Source of the DNA: Macrostomum lignano
Lineage: Eukaryota
DNA length: 64,000 bases
Direction of reading: 5' to 3'
Assembly (NCBI GenBank): GCA_002269645.1
Contig: NIVC01001275.1
Span: 219,539-283,538, forward strand
The notes beneath the pieces were generated by a model. The model did not search any database, was not told the origin of the DNA, and saw only the letters and a program-made list of their open reading frames with translations. Below, one piece after another: positions 37,303 through 51,000 of this stretch. Positions within the stretch are counted from its first letter, which is position 1. Each line of letters begins with the position of its first letter. Position numbers and translations under genes: made by a program.

Positions 37303-40300
37303 CCCACGTAACCAAGAATCTCGCCAAAGGCTTGCGTCCCCATCGCGTGGCAATATTAGGCGATATCTCGCCTGGCGATATCTAAGCAATATCTAAGCGA
37401 TATCGATCGGCGATAAATCAATACGATAGGAAATTGCCTCTAAAGTCCTATATATATGTCTAAAAGACACTAAAACGAAGTTCAAACCTATATTGGCCCA
37501 TCTTGCGCGCATTCTTGCGAAATCGCCAAAACCTTGAGTTTCGATGCCTTGGCGATAATTGCACCATCGCCGAGCGATAGAACAACGTTGGGAATGCGAT
37601 CCATGCTTAATTCACATGTATTTTAGCCTACTCGACTTATAAATTCGCAATTTAAGGTCACTTCGTGAATGGTGAGTTGCAAGCAAGTGATGCTCTTCTG
37701 TTTTAGCATTATCTTCTTGGTCTATCGTACCGTACATATAAACAAGTTCGTGCATCGCGGCGCGATATTTTAGTGGTTGGCTGGCGCTGTTTTTAAGTGC
37801 ATCTTGAAACTTTGATGCCAATAAGATGTATATCAAGTTAAATTTGCAGTTTTGATATATGAAAATAAAAAATATGTTCTTTTGTCGTCTTGTCCTGCTT
37901 TGTGTTTCTGACTGCAAAATTCATTTATTAATTTGATAAAATACGCGTTAAATGTATGCTCTTTTAAAAATGACGCTGCACAACTAGTCAGAGGTCTTGA
38001 TCGAATTAAGACAGATCATCAGATCGCATGTTCCCTTTTTACATATGTTATACATGTCTTACGCTCAAGATTATTTGTTAAACAAAAAACTGTGGTAAAT
38101 AGTGGTAGATAGTAACAGTAGTCCAGTGCTCAGAGTTTTATTTTGTCAAACTGTGTTTTTAGCACCTTATTTTTAGATTTCTTTTGCACATCCAGATGCC
38201 AATTTTGCACCTCGAAATGTTGGTAGACGCATACTTTTAATTACATTTCTAGAATTCAAATGCATTTTGGCTCTTTTAGAGAAATTATAACTATTACTGA
38301 ACTTAAATCAGTGCCAACTGCCAATGTAGTTGATTAGGGCCTAACTTAAATTTCCTTCATTGTTCATTTCAATTTCAACCTGATCTAGCATTGATTAGGT
38401 TTTAGAAAATTCTAAATAGCTAAACTAGCTCCAGCCTATATTCTACAAGTAGAAGATAGCTTTTGTGGACTTCTTAAGGATCAGATGTATAAAATACTTG
38501 CTGATGTCCAAATCTTAAACTGCTTTTGTGATTTGTCAAATGTCAATACTACTACTAATGTAAAATTTAGGATTTTGGAGGATTTTTGACAAGTGGAAAT
38601 TTGTATACCTAGCTATTAATGGTGATATTGATCTTCTTGAATAGAACAATAGGCCTTTCCAACCATAACCCATAGGCCATATTCCCCATGGTCCAAGTAT
38701 TAAGGTTAACTTATTTTAGACCTTGACTTATTGTTAAATGCTAATTAGAAACTTATTTTATAGAATATAATGGCCATTGATCTTGAAATTAGATAGAACA
38801 GTGAGTCTCTATTAAAGATCAATTACAATATAGGTAGCTAGTAGTCTATACTATATGTGGCTATAGTTTATTGTCATTTTTCCATATCTATAATTTTTGA
38901 CTTAGCCATTTTCTTATGGCGTTATGCCATGGTTTTTGGTGTTTAGGTTAGCTACCCTAGGGCTAGGCCTAGTCATTTCAAATTGACTAGATCTCAATTT
39001 TTAATATATTTTATAGTAGCTATTTATCTTAAATAGAAAAGTGGGCTTCTTTTAAAGATTAGGCTAGGCCTAATACTATATTAATACTATATTATATTAC
39101 ACTTCTACCTACCCTAACACCCTGTTCCCTATACAGGTTATAGCTATGGTACTTAGCATTGATATTAGGATTATCCTAGTTATTTTTTGTAGTAAAAATG
39201 GATGCATTATTTGAACTCTCCATACCAAAAGACCTCTATTTAGACTATAGCTACAAATTTATGAACTGATATAAAATGGAACTATCCTAGTTATTTTATC
39301 ATTTGGACCAAAAATGCTAGTTTTACTGGTTTAATAAAATTTGTTCACATCTTTATTTATGCAAGCAATTATATCCTTTCTTTCAGCTGTTCTACAATCT
39401 CAATTTTGGGGGCCAGTTTGTCAAGTATACTCCCGAAGCATGAATTATCAGCCTACCAACATGCCAATGGCCTTGAGTAAGCATGCTTGGGCGCAACCTT
39501 GGGATTCGCCCGGCCGTTTCTATTGGCAACACACGCATGTGGGTCGCTATTGGCTGAGAGCAGTCACGTGACTACTGTTCTGTCCAATAGCGACTTACAT
39601 GCGTGTGTTGCCGGTAGAGGCGGCCGAGTGAATCCCAAAGTTGCGCATGTATGTGAGTAAGCAATGAATGACTGAAGGTCCTCAGAAGCAAAGGTTCAAT
39701 TCCGGAGACTGACTGGGAGGCCCATTCCTGTACCATCCTGTCAAAGTGTGGTAAATAATTTTAAAGTTCTAGACTTCCTTTGAATTACTTATTTGGTGAC
39801 TAACTGAACTGCATACTTCTGATGTGGGTGATATTCTGCACAAGCATGATAAGTCAAAGTAACTGGAATTTTACTTTGTTACATTTAATTTTTCCATTGT
39901 GAAGTAACCAATATTTACTGTCGAATTGCTTGTTAAAGAAGTCGGAAATATTTAATATTTTGTTTTTTTTTAGTCATCTGGGTTTTTCACCTTAGACTTC
40001 AAGTCATGTAATGACATGACCATCATTCTATTAGCATGACCAAATTGAGACGGGTTCATGCCAGCCTGGTATTATCAAGAAATTTTATTGTTATGGGTGT
40101 CATTTTGACTTGGCTTAGGTTTTGTAAAGGGCAAAAATTTATTAAGTTACGAATTTTGAGTCATTTAAAGATTCGAGGAGTCTGACAAGAATGCATCATA
40201 CTTGTCAAATGTATGTTTTTTCTTATTGCCAACCAGCCCAGCATTTGTCTTCAATATTTGTCAAATGAAAGTCTTTAGTGCTCAAGTCTAACTATTGCTA

Positions 40301-40751
40301 TTTTTCTCCTATATTATATTTTTCTCTCCCTGCCTGCTGCATATTTATAGCTGAATTTTCACCATACATGCTGCTGTAAGTAGCATCATTAGAAGTAAAA
40401 TATATATTCAAAAATCGGGAGGCATTAATAAGAACTTGTGGAGTTTTCGTCTCCAGCGACTTAAAGGAAAGCTATAGGCTATCTGATGGAATAATAAATT
40501 TGCAGTATTGAGCTGTGTCTGTTGATTCTTTCAATCATTTTTAATGCTATCATTTAAACAAGAATTATAACTGTATCGTCAATTCATCGCCAATTGCTCG
40601 CCAAACGATATCGCCGGGCGATACGGGACGATATCGCCCCTGCGGACAGCCGCGATATTTCGGCGAGATGAGGGCGATCGCTCGGCGATGTTTAGACGAA
40701 TCGCCGGGCGGTATCGCCCCGATGTGGAGGCGAGGTTTTTGGTTATGTGGG
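37303..40751. mobile_element. Nested non-autonomous EnSpm/CACTA-like (CCC-terminus) element
   Basis: TIR CCCAC(G/A)TAACCAA(G/A)AA(T/C)CTCGCC; 2-bp TSD AA; dense CGATATCGCC/GGCGAT subterminal repeats at both ends; AT-rich filler. Confidence 0.75.
39482..39653. mobile_element. Palindromic hAT-type MITE
   Basis: Long imperfect inverted arms centred on GTCACGTGAC; perfect 8-bp TSD TGAGTAAG at 39474-39481 and 39654-39661. Confidence 0.8.
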
Positions 40752-40824
40752 AATAAACATGGATGCAGAACCTGGAACCCAGAAAAGTAACATCCGGGTT
40801 CCAGGTTCTGCATCCATGTTTATT
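40752..40824. terminator. Perfect 29-bp inverted repeat carrying AATAAA in both arms, just downstream of the transposase stop
   Basis: AATAAACATGGATGCAGAACCTGGAACCC, 15-nt loop, then its exact reverse complement. The minus-strand AATAAA lies about 26 nt after the stop. Function as a poly(A) signal is inferred. Confidence 0.6.
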
Positions 40825-40849
40825 GTGTGGCAGTTGCTGTTGTTGCCCA

Positions 40850-43462
40850 TCACTCAAAGTTGAATTTGAAGTGGCCACGGGCATCCAAGGGCACAGGGGG
40901 ATCCAACAGCTTCTGGATGTCAGCCAGTGGGTAGTAAATACAGTCCTTGGACTTTGGCCAGGCGTAGTTCGTGTTGCCGCTTTTCACCATCACATTCACT
41001 TTGTATTCAAACACCCCCTCAGTGTCGTCCAGCTGCCGGATCTTCACAACCTGGCCAGGGAAAACCTCGCCCTCATAGTCGACCAGGACCCACCGGCCCA
41101 CAGCTAGCTCAGCTGCGATGGGGTCAAGACTGGCACTTGGAGCCTCAGCGGACTCTTGGCTCATGCCAGTGAGCAGCCTGCCTGCTGGAACCGGAGTACT
41201 GGCAGCTGCAGGGACCCAGGAAGGCCTTGGCGGCGGAGCACTTGAGACTGGCGCTCGCACAGCAACTTCACTGTCAGTGTCCAGGCACCAGAAGTGGTCA
41301 CGCTGGATGCCCTTGACCTGTTTTAATTGAGATAAATATATATATATATTTATAGTATTTTGTTTTCTGCGTTGTACACATGTACTTTATTTCATTTTCA
41401 AAGATGGGCTGTGATTTCAATGTTCTTAGTTTTTTCTGTTTTATAAATAATTGCCGCATGCACTTAAGTTTATTTTCTTCTTGAGTGCGCCTAAGTAAAA
41501 AAATACAATTTAATCAATGCTGACATTACCGCAGGTGCATCCAGGAGCTGAGACTCGAGGCTGGAGAACTGAGCCTGGATCGTCTCGCTGGCAATGAGCA
41601 CAGTCTCAATGCTGCTGTCCTTCACAGCGTGAACGAAGTCCTGCGCGCTGTGAATGAAGAGCTGACGGGCCTTCACCTTGGTCCAGGCCAGCCGCTTCAG
41701 AACGCCACCGACGCCGTCAATGGCGCCCTTGCCATGGGAAGTGGCAAAAAAATTCCACGTGATGCGCTTGACGCCCGGGTTCTCGGTCAGGAGGATGGCC
41801 AGCAGCTTCATCATGAAACGGTTCTTGAACTGTGAAGCTGGGCCATCACTCCAGAAGTGGACCACCTTGGGCTGCCGAGACTCACAGAACTTCTGGGAAG
41901 GAAAAGCAAGGGAGAAAGGGATGGGGATTGAGACAGAGAGACAGAGAGAGAGAGAGAATGGACTGGGACAAATGGAATTCCTGTAAAAAGTACATAACTA
42001 TGCCTTACCTGCATCAGGTGCCGCAGGAAAGTTGAAATGGCCTCCTTGGAATGATGAAGGTGGTCGCTGACGATGGCCATCATCTTGCTGCCACCTGGCC
42101 AGTAAGCAGCAACAGTGAAAAGTGTTACCTGCGCCTGATTCCAGTAGGCGCTTTGGGCCATGTCCTGCTGGGAGCACGTGTAATTCTCGCTGAAATCGAA
42201 GTGCAGCAGGAGCTCTCCGTCGGCCAGCGCGTCCTTCTGGTTGCGAAAGAAGCTGGCCTGCACCTGCTTCGTCTGGTGGTGAAGGACGAAAGCAGGCAGC
42301 TGCTCAACCAGCATCTTGAACGTGTCGGCCACGGTGAGCTGCACTGGCTGCTGCTGCACGCGGCCGTCCGCCCCGAAATCCCACTGGTGAAAGCGGACCA
42401 CGTGCTCCTTCTCCTCATCAGTTGGTGACACCAGGCGGTGGTTGTCACCTGAAGCACAGCGCTGGCATTGGCCATTGTTGCAATCCAGAGTCGCCGGGTT
42501 GCAGAGGATGAATTCGCCTACCCAGCGCGACGAGTAGGACGGCATGCCAGTGGCACCAGCCAGGGCACTGCAGAGACTGTTTTAATAGAATAATTTGAAA
42601 TGGGTGGCAGTTTGTTAAGAAGTAATATTTAAGTATATGTAACTTAGTACATCTGTCATAATTATGTCGAACTACCTTTTGAAGTTCTCGTGCAGCTTGC
42701 AGCAGCAGGCCTCCAGCGGTGTCTTGGAAAATGTCAGGATGTGACGTGGCCGCAGCTCGCAAAACTTCGACAGCGAGAGCTTGTGCTCTACATGCTCGTG
42801 GATGAACAGGTGGTGCAGCTCCTTCATGCCGGCCACCAGGTAGCGCTTCTGGATCTGCTGACCATTGACTTTGACGTACTCCTTCCGCCCAGGAGTCCAG
42901 CGGGAAACGTCTTCGCGATCAAAAAAGGCAGCCACAGCATCGATGGTCTCGAATGGAATCCGCTCCCGGGAGATCTTCGGGGGGTCAACCAGCTGCACGC
43001 CAAGGTTTTTGGCGAGCTGGCGAACGACTACGCGCTGGTGATCTAGTGATCTTGGCAGACCCTTCCAGGCGCTAGAGTGAAAGAAAGAAAGGGGAATGTT
43101 CTACAAAAAACATCTAGATACACATGTCACACATTGTTACAACCTACAAACATAACTACCTAAAGGTGTCAAATTCAAATGCCAACTTACCGGTTCACAG
43201 CACGATTGAGTGTTTTGCTGCTGCTGTAGGTGGTGCTCTCAAGTGACTCAGCCTCCTGCTGCTGCTGTTCCACCAGTTCACGCCGCCTCTGCCGCATGGC
43301 TTGCATCCGAGCTAGAGCTTGCTTCCGCTGCTTCTCAATCTTTGCAGGGTCCTTCTTCGCCTCACTCCTCCTATCCCGACTCCTCTTCTTCTCCTTCTCA
43401 CGCAACTCGTCTCCCTTCCGAATCCTATAATCACGCTTGACTTCTTTTGATGGCTTTACCAT
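40850..43462 (-). CDS. Intact DDD-type transposase (688 aa), Sola2-like, with C-terminal Tudor-like domain
   Basis: Exons 43462-43191, 43071-42676, 42576-42009, 41892-41530 and 41317-40850 (2067 nt, phases 2,2,0,0, all GT-AG, no internal stop). Motifs LSLSKFCELRP, CCCKLHEN, HFDFSENY, WSDGPASQFKN, WNFFATSHGKGAIDGVGG. The family call is from recalled motifs, not a search. Confidence 0.88.
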
Positions 43463-45094
43463 AATGAATTCAAGTTAGAAAGTCACTTGGCTGTAAGAAA
43501 AATAACACACGGTCAGTATTTTGAATGAGGGAATAAAAATCAACATGAAAAAACAAATGGTATCATTGTGTTACGACCATGTTACGACCAGGATATCCCG
43601 GTCGTAACCTAACTTTACACATAAAATAGAGTACAAAATGCATATCGAACTGTGTCAATACTTCTGTATCACACCAATATACATGTGTTTCAAATGAAAA
43701 CCATTCCCGATGTTAATTTTTTCAAAGAGACAGTCACCAAAAAAACTTTTCAACTTTCTATATCCCGGTCGTAACACATGAATTACATCACAATAAACTG
43801 TTTCATACTATCTTTCAAGCTATGTTTAAACTGCTAAAAACGTTTTTTTTTACTTTCATATACTGAAACATTAGTTATATGCCAGAAAACGACTTCTATA
43901 GTTAGTAACTATTAAATTGCAAAGCTTAAAACTTTATACCTATCAGCGTACCTATTCAGAATGTATGCATTACATAGACTTTGGAGTAGAAAAAAAGGAA
44001 CAAAAATGCCATATCTTCATTAAAGTTCAATAAAAACATAAAATATAGACTCTCACTAAGCACTTTAAGCAAAGTTGGTGCTTCTACATCAGTTTTAATT
44101 TTTTTCCCATTGTGTCCTTTTCTCGTGGAATGACTAAAAGACTCAACTTATAAGTAAAATAATACATAGATATTCATCTTTGCTTTCTAAACCTTTAATT
44201 ATTATTTGTATAATAAAACTCTTTTAATATCTACAATAGAATTTTACAGCTTACTATGCATATAATTTTTTGTATTTTTATTTTATATATTAGGCTATAT
44301 AAGGCCTATTGCAGCCAATGGCCATTATCATGGATAGAGTCTAATATAGATTGGCCTTTAATAGTGTAGGCATAGTCTAGTATAGTTAGGCATAGGAAAA
44401 GGGATGTCTGGTATGATTTAGACCTTGGTGACAATAAGGGGCTATAGCCTAAAAAATTACAATGCCATGATTATAAATATATCTTAATCTTCTTAAACAT
44501 TGTTGGTTGGCTTGAATTAGAAATATTTAAAAATAAATTTTTATTTAATGTCTTATTATGCCCAATTCTTTGACTCTTTAACAATGAAATTATGTGTATT
44601 TTATTGGTATAGCTTTTATAGAAATATGTACTAAATGTATTAATAAATTCATTTGTAATAGAACAGTTTTAGTATTTTCAATACAATTTTATTTAAATGT
44701 TAATAAAATGTTAGTAAAATAGTATTATAAAAATTTTATTTATAAATTACAACATAGTGTTAAATGTTTAACCTAAATTATATTTTTACTAACTATAGTA
44801 GGGGCTATGTAACTGTGAATATTGCCATTCTTGTGTATATTATGTTTAGATTCTAGCTCTACTGGTACTAGGCAAATAAAAATTTTATTTTATTTTTTTA
44901 ATAATTTTTCCATTTCATGCTATGCTACGTTTTGTATCTAGATCAAAGGAACCCTGTGTACTTTTATTGAAATGCAAAATTGAAGTCTTTGTTGTGCATC
45001 TAACTATATTTGCAACTGTTTTAACAACTTTAAGTATGTAGTTCAAAAATGCCCGTAGCAAACAGGCACAGTCTTTCTTTGCAGCTCTGAAAGC

Positions 45095-48000
45095 ATGGAG
45101 TCCAGTTGGGTGATTGTGATGACGCCAATCAGGCGAGGCCAAATGACTACTATGGAGTGTGTGCGCACCTCCAGCGACAATCTCGACCAAAACCAGATTG
45201 TCCATGTGGCTACTGGCGTCAACCAGGGCATTGTAATCTATAAAGCGATTATTGATGACAGTAAGTCTTCTTCAGAATTAGAGGGGTCAAAACGGCAGTT
45301 TGCTGCAGAATCACAGAGGGGTCAAAACGGCAAGTCTGCTGCAGAATCACAGAGGGGTCAAAACTGCAGTCTGCTGCAGAATCACAGAGGGGTCAAAACT
45401 GCAGTCTGCTGCAGAATCACAGAGGGGTCAAAACTGCAGTCTGCTGCAGAATCACAGGGGGGTCAGCGGCAGTCCCGCTGCAGAATCACAGAGGGGTCAG
45501 CGGCAGTCCCGCTGCAGAATCACAGAGGGGTCAGCGGCAGTCCCGCTGCAGAATCACAGAGGGGTCAGCGGCAGTCCCGCTGCAGAATCACAGAGGGGTC
45601 AAAACTGCAGTCTGCTGCAGAATCACAGGGGGGTCAGCGGCAGTCCCGCTGCAGAATCACAGAGGGGTCAGCGGCAGTCCCGCTGCAGAATCACAGAGGG
45701 GTCAGCGGCAGTCCCGCTGCAGAATCACAGAGGGGTCAGCGGCAGTCCCGCTGCAGAATCACAGAGGGGTCAAAGCGGCAGTCCCGCTGCAGAATCACAG
45801 AGGGGTCAAAGCGGCAGTCCCGCTGCAGAATCACAGAGGGGTCAGCGGCAGTCCCGCTGCAGAATCACAGAGGGGTCAGCGGCAGTCCCGCTGCAGAATC
45901 ACAGAGGGGTCAGCGGCAGTCCCGCTGCAGAATCACAGAGGGGTCAGCGGCAGTCCCGCTGCAGAATCACAGAGGGGTCAGCGGCAGTCCCGCTGCAGAA
46001 TCACAGAGGGGTCAGCGGCAGTCCCGCTGCAGAATCACAGAGGGGTCAGCGGCAGTCCCGCTGCAGAATCACAGAGGGGTCAGCGGCAGTCCCGCTGCAG
46101 AATCACAGAGGGGTCAGCGGCAGTCTGCTGCAGAATCACAGAGGGGTCAGCGGCAGTCCCGCTGCAGAATCACAGAGGGGTCAGCGGCAGTCCCGCTGCA
46201 GAATCACAGGGGGGTCAGCGGCAGTCCTGCTGCAGAATCACAGAGGTTCAGTGGCAGTCTGCTGCAGAATCACAGGGGGGTCAGCGACAGTCTGCTGAGA
46301 GTCACGGAACAGCAGAGGGTGACTCAGTGTTTATGTGATTTTTTGTCTAAAAACGAACCTCATTCAGATCCGCTATCCACTTGGTCCATTTGCAGGCAAA
46401 TTCTGAATTCGTCATTCACTACATTGTGTAGAAGGCCTCTATCTCTGTGTGTTTTGTTTACACATCTATCTTAGCCGGGTTGTGCGCGTGCCTTCTAAGA
46501 TATGGATGCATCCCTCCCTATCGATTCGTGGTACAGACGGGGAAGTGGCTAAGGCGAAAATATGAATCACTACCTTGCCTATCTATCCAGTTTATTCCAG
46601 AGCGATCACAACAGAAGCAAGTCTGGGGATATTTCTCTCTGTTGGGCTGTGCCTCTGTAAACTCTATTTGATGGCTTCGATTTCCTGTATTAGTTGTAAT
46701 CGGATTGCACCTGACAGGATTTTATTGCTTACTGGATTAATTATACTTATTCCGCATAGAAACTGTTTCTATAGATATTTACTGAACTTTAGAAGCCTTG
46801 GGCGACATTTCGACCCCGGGTGACAAATCCCGTTTATGATTTTTGTTTCTCTGGCATCCACGCAGTATAATAAGTTCGGATTTTATCGTTGTCAAGAAGA
46901 AAAAGTAGGGAATTTTTACTGCGCTTTTAGCATCAGCGCTGCGCATTAAACAGGGCTTTGATTTGTGCACTTCTTGCCCAAAGAATAATTACTTTTAAAG
47001 TCGTGATTTTGCCTAGAATTGCATCAGGTTTGGCAGGAAAAATCGACTATTTCTCACCTGTAAGTAAGCTACAATTAGCTCGCCATGGGGGTGCTTTGCC
47101 TGGCAAGGGTGACGGAAAGTTTTAACAGCCTGTTTGAAGCTGGCTACCCCTTGATAGTGTCTGTAGTCTCAGTAGTATATTCTCGTAGCTTTAACTTGGG
47201 TACACTTGCGCCGCAAGTTACCCAGCAACCGAACGGATTTCCCTCAAAAAATCTCCCTATTTTAAATAATCCGCAGAGGGCGCCTACACACCGTTGGCTG
47301 ATTCGGAGTCCGAGATCACCTACAAATGCTTTGTAGTCAACCAGGACTCTAATGATGTTCGAGCAGTAAGTTGTGATAAAATCAGATAAAGTGCCAACAG
47401 CACCTTCCTACAAGTTAAAATAAAATTACAAAAATTTAACCCGTGTTTTGTCTTCATCTACCTGCAGGAGAACCGAAAGCTGCACTTCTGGTTCGTCCCG
47501 TCCGCGCAGAAGAAGGTGACCAGCTTTCTAGTGCAGACGTCATTCATGTTCTTCAACGATCTCATCACGCCGGGTCACGTGCCCAAGGATTATGCCACAT
47601 TTATTAAACGAGTGATGCGGCTGATGCTGCTGGATAAGTACAATAACATTTCTCGCATCCATCTGGACGTGATCCCGTTGGACAAGAACGAGGCAGTGTT
47701 CGAAGGCATGGAGGGTAAGTTCTATCGATTTGCTAATTTTTATCGTTATTTTTCACTACTGTCTACTCGTTGAGTAGCAAGTCTTGTACTTGTCGATTAG
47801 CCAAACAAAATCGGCAGATTTTGGTATATTACTTTCTGTTCAAGTCTCCTAATAAAACTAAAAATCTAAACAGATATAAGATAAAATTATAAAGATAAAA
47901 TGAAAAGCTGTCAGAGTTGTTTAGAACTAAGCTGTACTTGTAATATTGGTATAGTCATGCTATTAACCCAATAAAATTGGCATCTTGTCTATAAAAATCC

Positions 48001-51000
48001 TTCCAATAATGTCTATAAAATCATTCCTTCAATCTATTTTTAGACATGCCAAACTTTGGTAAGAAAACTTTTTTTGCAAAGTTAGTTACCTTGTCTGGTA
48101 TTTTTTGTTTTTATTTGTCCTTTTAGTTTCTACTCGTAGGCATGTTGCGGATGGCTTTCTTCTTTGCATTGGATTATTTTGTTCCTTTTTCCCGTGTTGA
48201 TGCTTTTTCTCAGGTTTCTGAGAAAAAAAAGCAGTGTCAGATTTGATGTTGGGCAGTGTCAGATGGGATATTGAGCAGTGTCAGATACGATATTGAGCAG
48301 TGTCAGATTTGATGTTGGACAGTGTCAGGTGTGATATTGAGCAGTGTCAGATGCGATATTGAGCAGTCTCAGATGGGATATTGAGCAGTGTCAGATAGAA
48401 ATAGCTATTGTCAGGTATTTTACTCCTACTTTCGTTGTCGCTTATTTGAAGTTGTTGCGCTTTGCGAAGGCTGCACCTGTCTTTTATTATAGTTTCCCAG
48501 CTTTATAGGCTTTGAGCTGTTTTGTAGATTTGCATTTGCACTTCTTGTAGTTGCTGTGAGTAAAATTCCTTATCAATTAGGGTTGTAGTTGATGTCTTTG
48601 TTATTTTATGTATATCATGATCCATCGTATCCATGTATTTTGTTTTTAGTAATATTTGTGTTTTGTTAATAATTTTTAGTACGCAGGTGTTTTTTGACTT
48701 TTTTTTATATTATACGGTGTCAGACTAGAAAAATGGGCAGTGTCAGACATAATGATAATGAGCAGTCATATAGAAGTTACAAAGTAGTTAGATGTGATTC
48801 AGAACAGTGTCAGATGTGATTTAGAACAGTGTCAAGTGATACAGAATAGTGTCAGAAGTGATACAGAAGTGTCAGATGTGATTCAGAACAGTGTCAAGTG
48901 ATACAGAATAGTGTCAGAAGTGATACAGAATAGTGTCAGAAGTGATACAGAATAGTGTCAGAAGTGATACAGAAGTGTCAGATGTGATTCAGAACAGTGT
49001 CAGATGTGATTCAGAACAGTGTCAGGTGTGATTCAGAACAGTGTCAGCTGTGATACAGAACAGTGTCAGATATGATACAGAACAGTGTCAGGTGTGATAC
49101 AGAACAGTGTCAGGTGTGATACAGAACAGTGTCAGGTGTGATACAGAGTAGTGTCAGGTGTTGATACACAGCAAGTTCAGATGTTATCCAGAACAGTCTC
49201 GGATATAATTAAATACTTGACAGATGGGATAATAATTCGTGTCAGATATGATACAGAGTAACTTCAAATGATTCAGAGCAGTGTCAGAGATTAGCTGTGT
49301 TATATCCACATAGTGAAATATCTTAGCTGAAAACTTTCACATGATTGTTCCGTTTGCTTTACACTAGTAACCAACAGCAAAGTTATTACATTTTCCCATT
49401 TAAATTACCTGTCCAGAGCGAGACGACAGGCCACTGGAGGTTCGAGTGCAGGAACAGCTGATGCGCACCATTGAGGAAGCCTATCCCAATGTGCTCACTA
49501 CTGAGGAGCTGTCCAAGTAAGCATCTCTAATCTAGCATCCCCTATTTTAACACCAGTTGTGTCAGATGCATTTTTGGCTAATTATAGACCAATTACATAA
49601 TTTGAATATTGTGCTATCAAACATGTCCTGTAAGTATAGATGCAAATGCATAGTAAGTAAAGTTGACAGGTAATGACATATAGGTCCTCCTCTGTAACTG
49701 GAGGAGGATTAAATTCCAGAACTGGAATTTACTGTATATTTTATATACCTCTACAAATACCATATTGGCTATGGGGGGGGGGGGGTTCACAAACTCGAAA
49801 TTTCACAACGTCGAAAGCACCTTCTTTCACAAGATTGAAATTTCACAAAGTCGAAATTTCACAACATCGAAAACTTTAGCAAGGGACTTCATAAGGTCGA
49901 AATTTCACAACGTAGAAAACTACGTGTTTTTGATATATAGTTCTTGTTATATTAAATTTTCGACGTTGTGAAATTTCGATCTTGTGAAGTTTCGACCTTG
50001 TGAAAGTGGCTGCCATTTGAGTTTTCTACGTTGTGAAATTTCGACCTTGTGAAATTTCGACCTTATGAAGTCCTTTGCTAAAATTTTCGACCTTGTGAAA
50101 TTTCGACCTTGTGAAAGTGGCTGCCATTTGAGTTTTCTACGTTGTGAAATTTCCACCTTGTGAAATTTCGACCTTATGAAGTCCTTTGCTAAAATTTTCG
50201 ACCTTGTGAAATTTCGACCTTGTGAAAGTGGCTGCCATTTGAGTTTTCTACGTTGTGAAATTTCCACCTTGTGAAATTTCGACCTTATGAAGTCCTTTGC
50301 TAAAATTTTCGACCTTGTGAAATTTCGACCTTGTGAAGTTTTGACCTTGTGAAATAATTTACTTTTCGACCTTTTGAAAGCACCCCTTGGCTATTCCCTC
50401 GCTGCATCACAACTCTCAAAACAATCGCGCTCAGGGTGATTCGCCAGGACGAGAAGCTGATCGTGCGCATCCTTGACCAGATGCTGTCAGAGGAGAGCAT
50501 CCACCGCATGGCCATGGAGGGTAAGCACAAGGGCAAGTTTGCCTACGTACTCCGGGTTGCCCAGGACGAGGAGAACGCCGATCTGGGCATGGGCAAACTG
50601 GAAGTCATGGCCGAGGGCAACATGGACGTCATCACTAAGATGAAGGACAAGCCGACCGTGGCCATTATCACTAATCTGATGTGCGAGAAACGAGCGGTGG
50701 ACGCTATGATGCAGGATAAGACCACCTACGTTCGCTACGAGACTAAAGGCGGCGATTCGCACGTCTACACTATCGGGTTTATTGGTCCGCACAAGTGCGT
50801 CAGCACTAAACTGCCGGCGGTTGGGCGTGACAGGCGGGCCAAGATTGCTAGCGGCAATACGACGACTCGATTGTTGGGCACGTTTCAGGCAAGTTCTTAG
50901 AAACTGCGATTTTTACATTCTTTATTAGCTAAATTTCGCATCGTTTTGGGCAAGCTGACAATGTGTCTACACAAGATCGGTGGACACCCCACAGTGTCTC

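Larger units (their letters stand above)
36579..44136 (-). mobile_element. Sola-like (probably Sola2) DNA transposon, about 4.1 kb plus a 3.45-kb nested insert
   Basis: Short imperfect TIR core GTCATTCCA..A.AAGGAC at 36581 and 44134; AAAG on both flanks (possible 4-bp TSD); ATCCCGGTCGTAAC subterminal repeats at 36763, 36949, 36963, 43595 and 43763; encloses the transposase gene. Confidence 0.65.

Noticed and set aside
45095-46474. 459-aa and 332-aa ORFs through the 34-bp array
   Set aside because: There is a strong GTAAGT donor at 45261, the unit is not a multiple of 3, and it lacks stops in these frames. No evidence of coding beyond exon 1.
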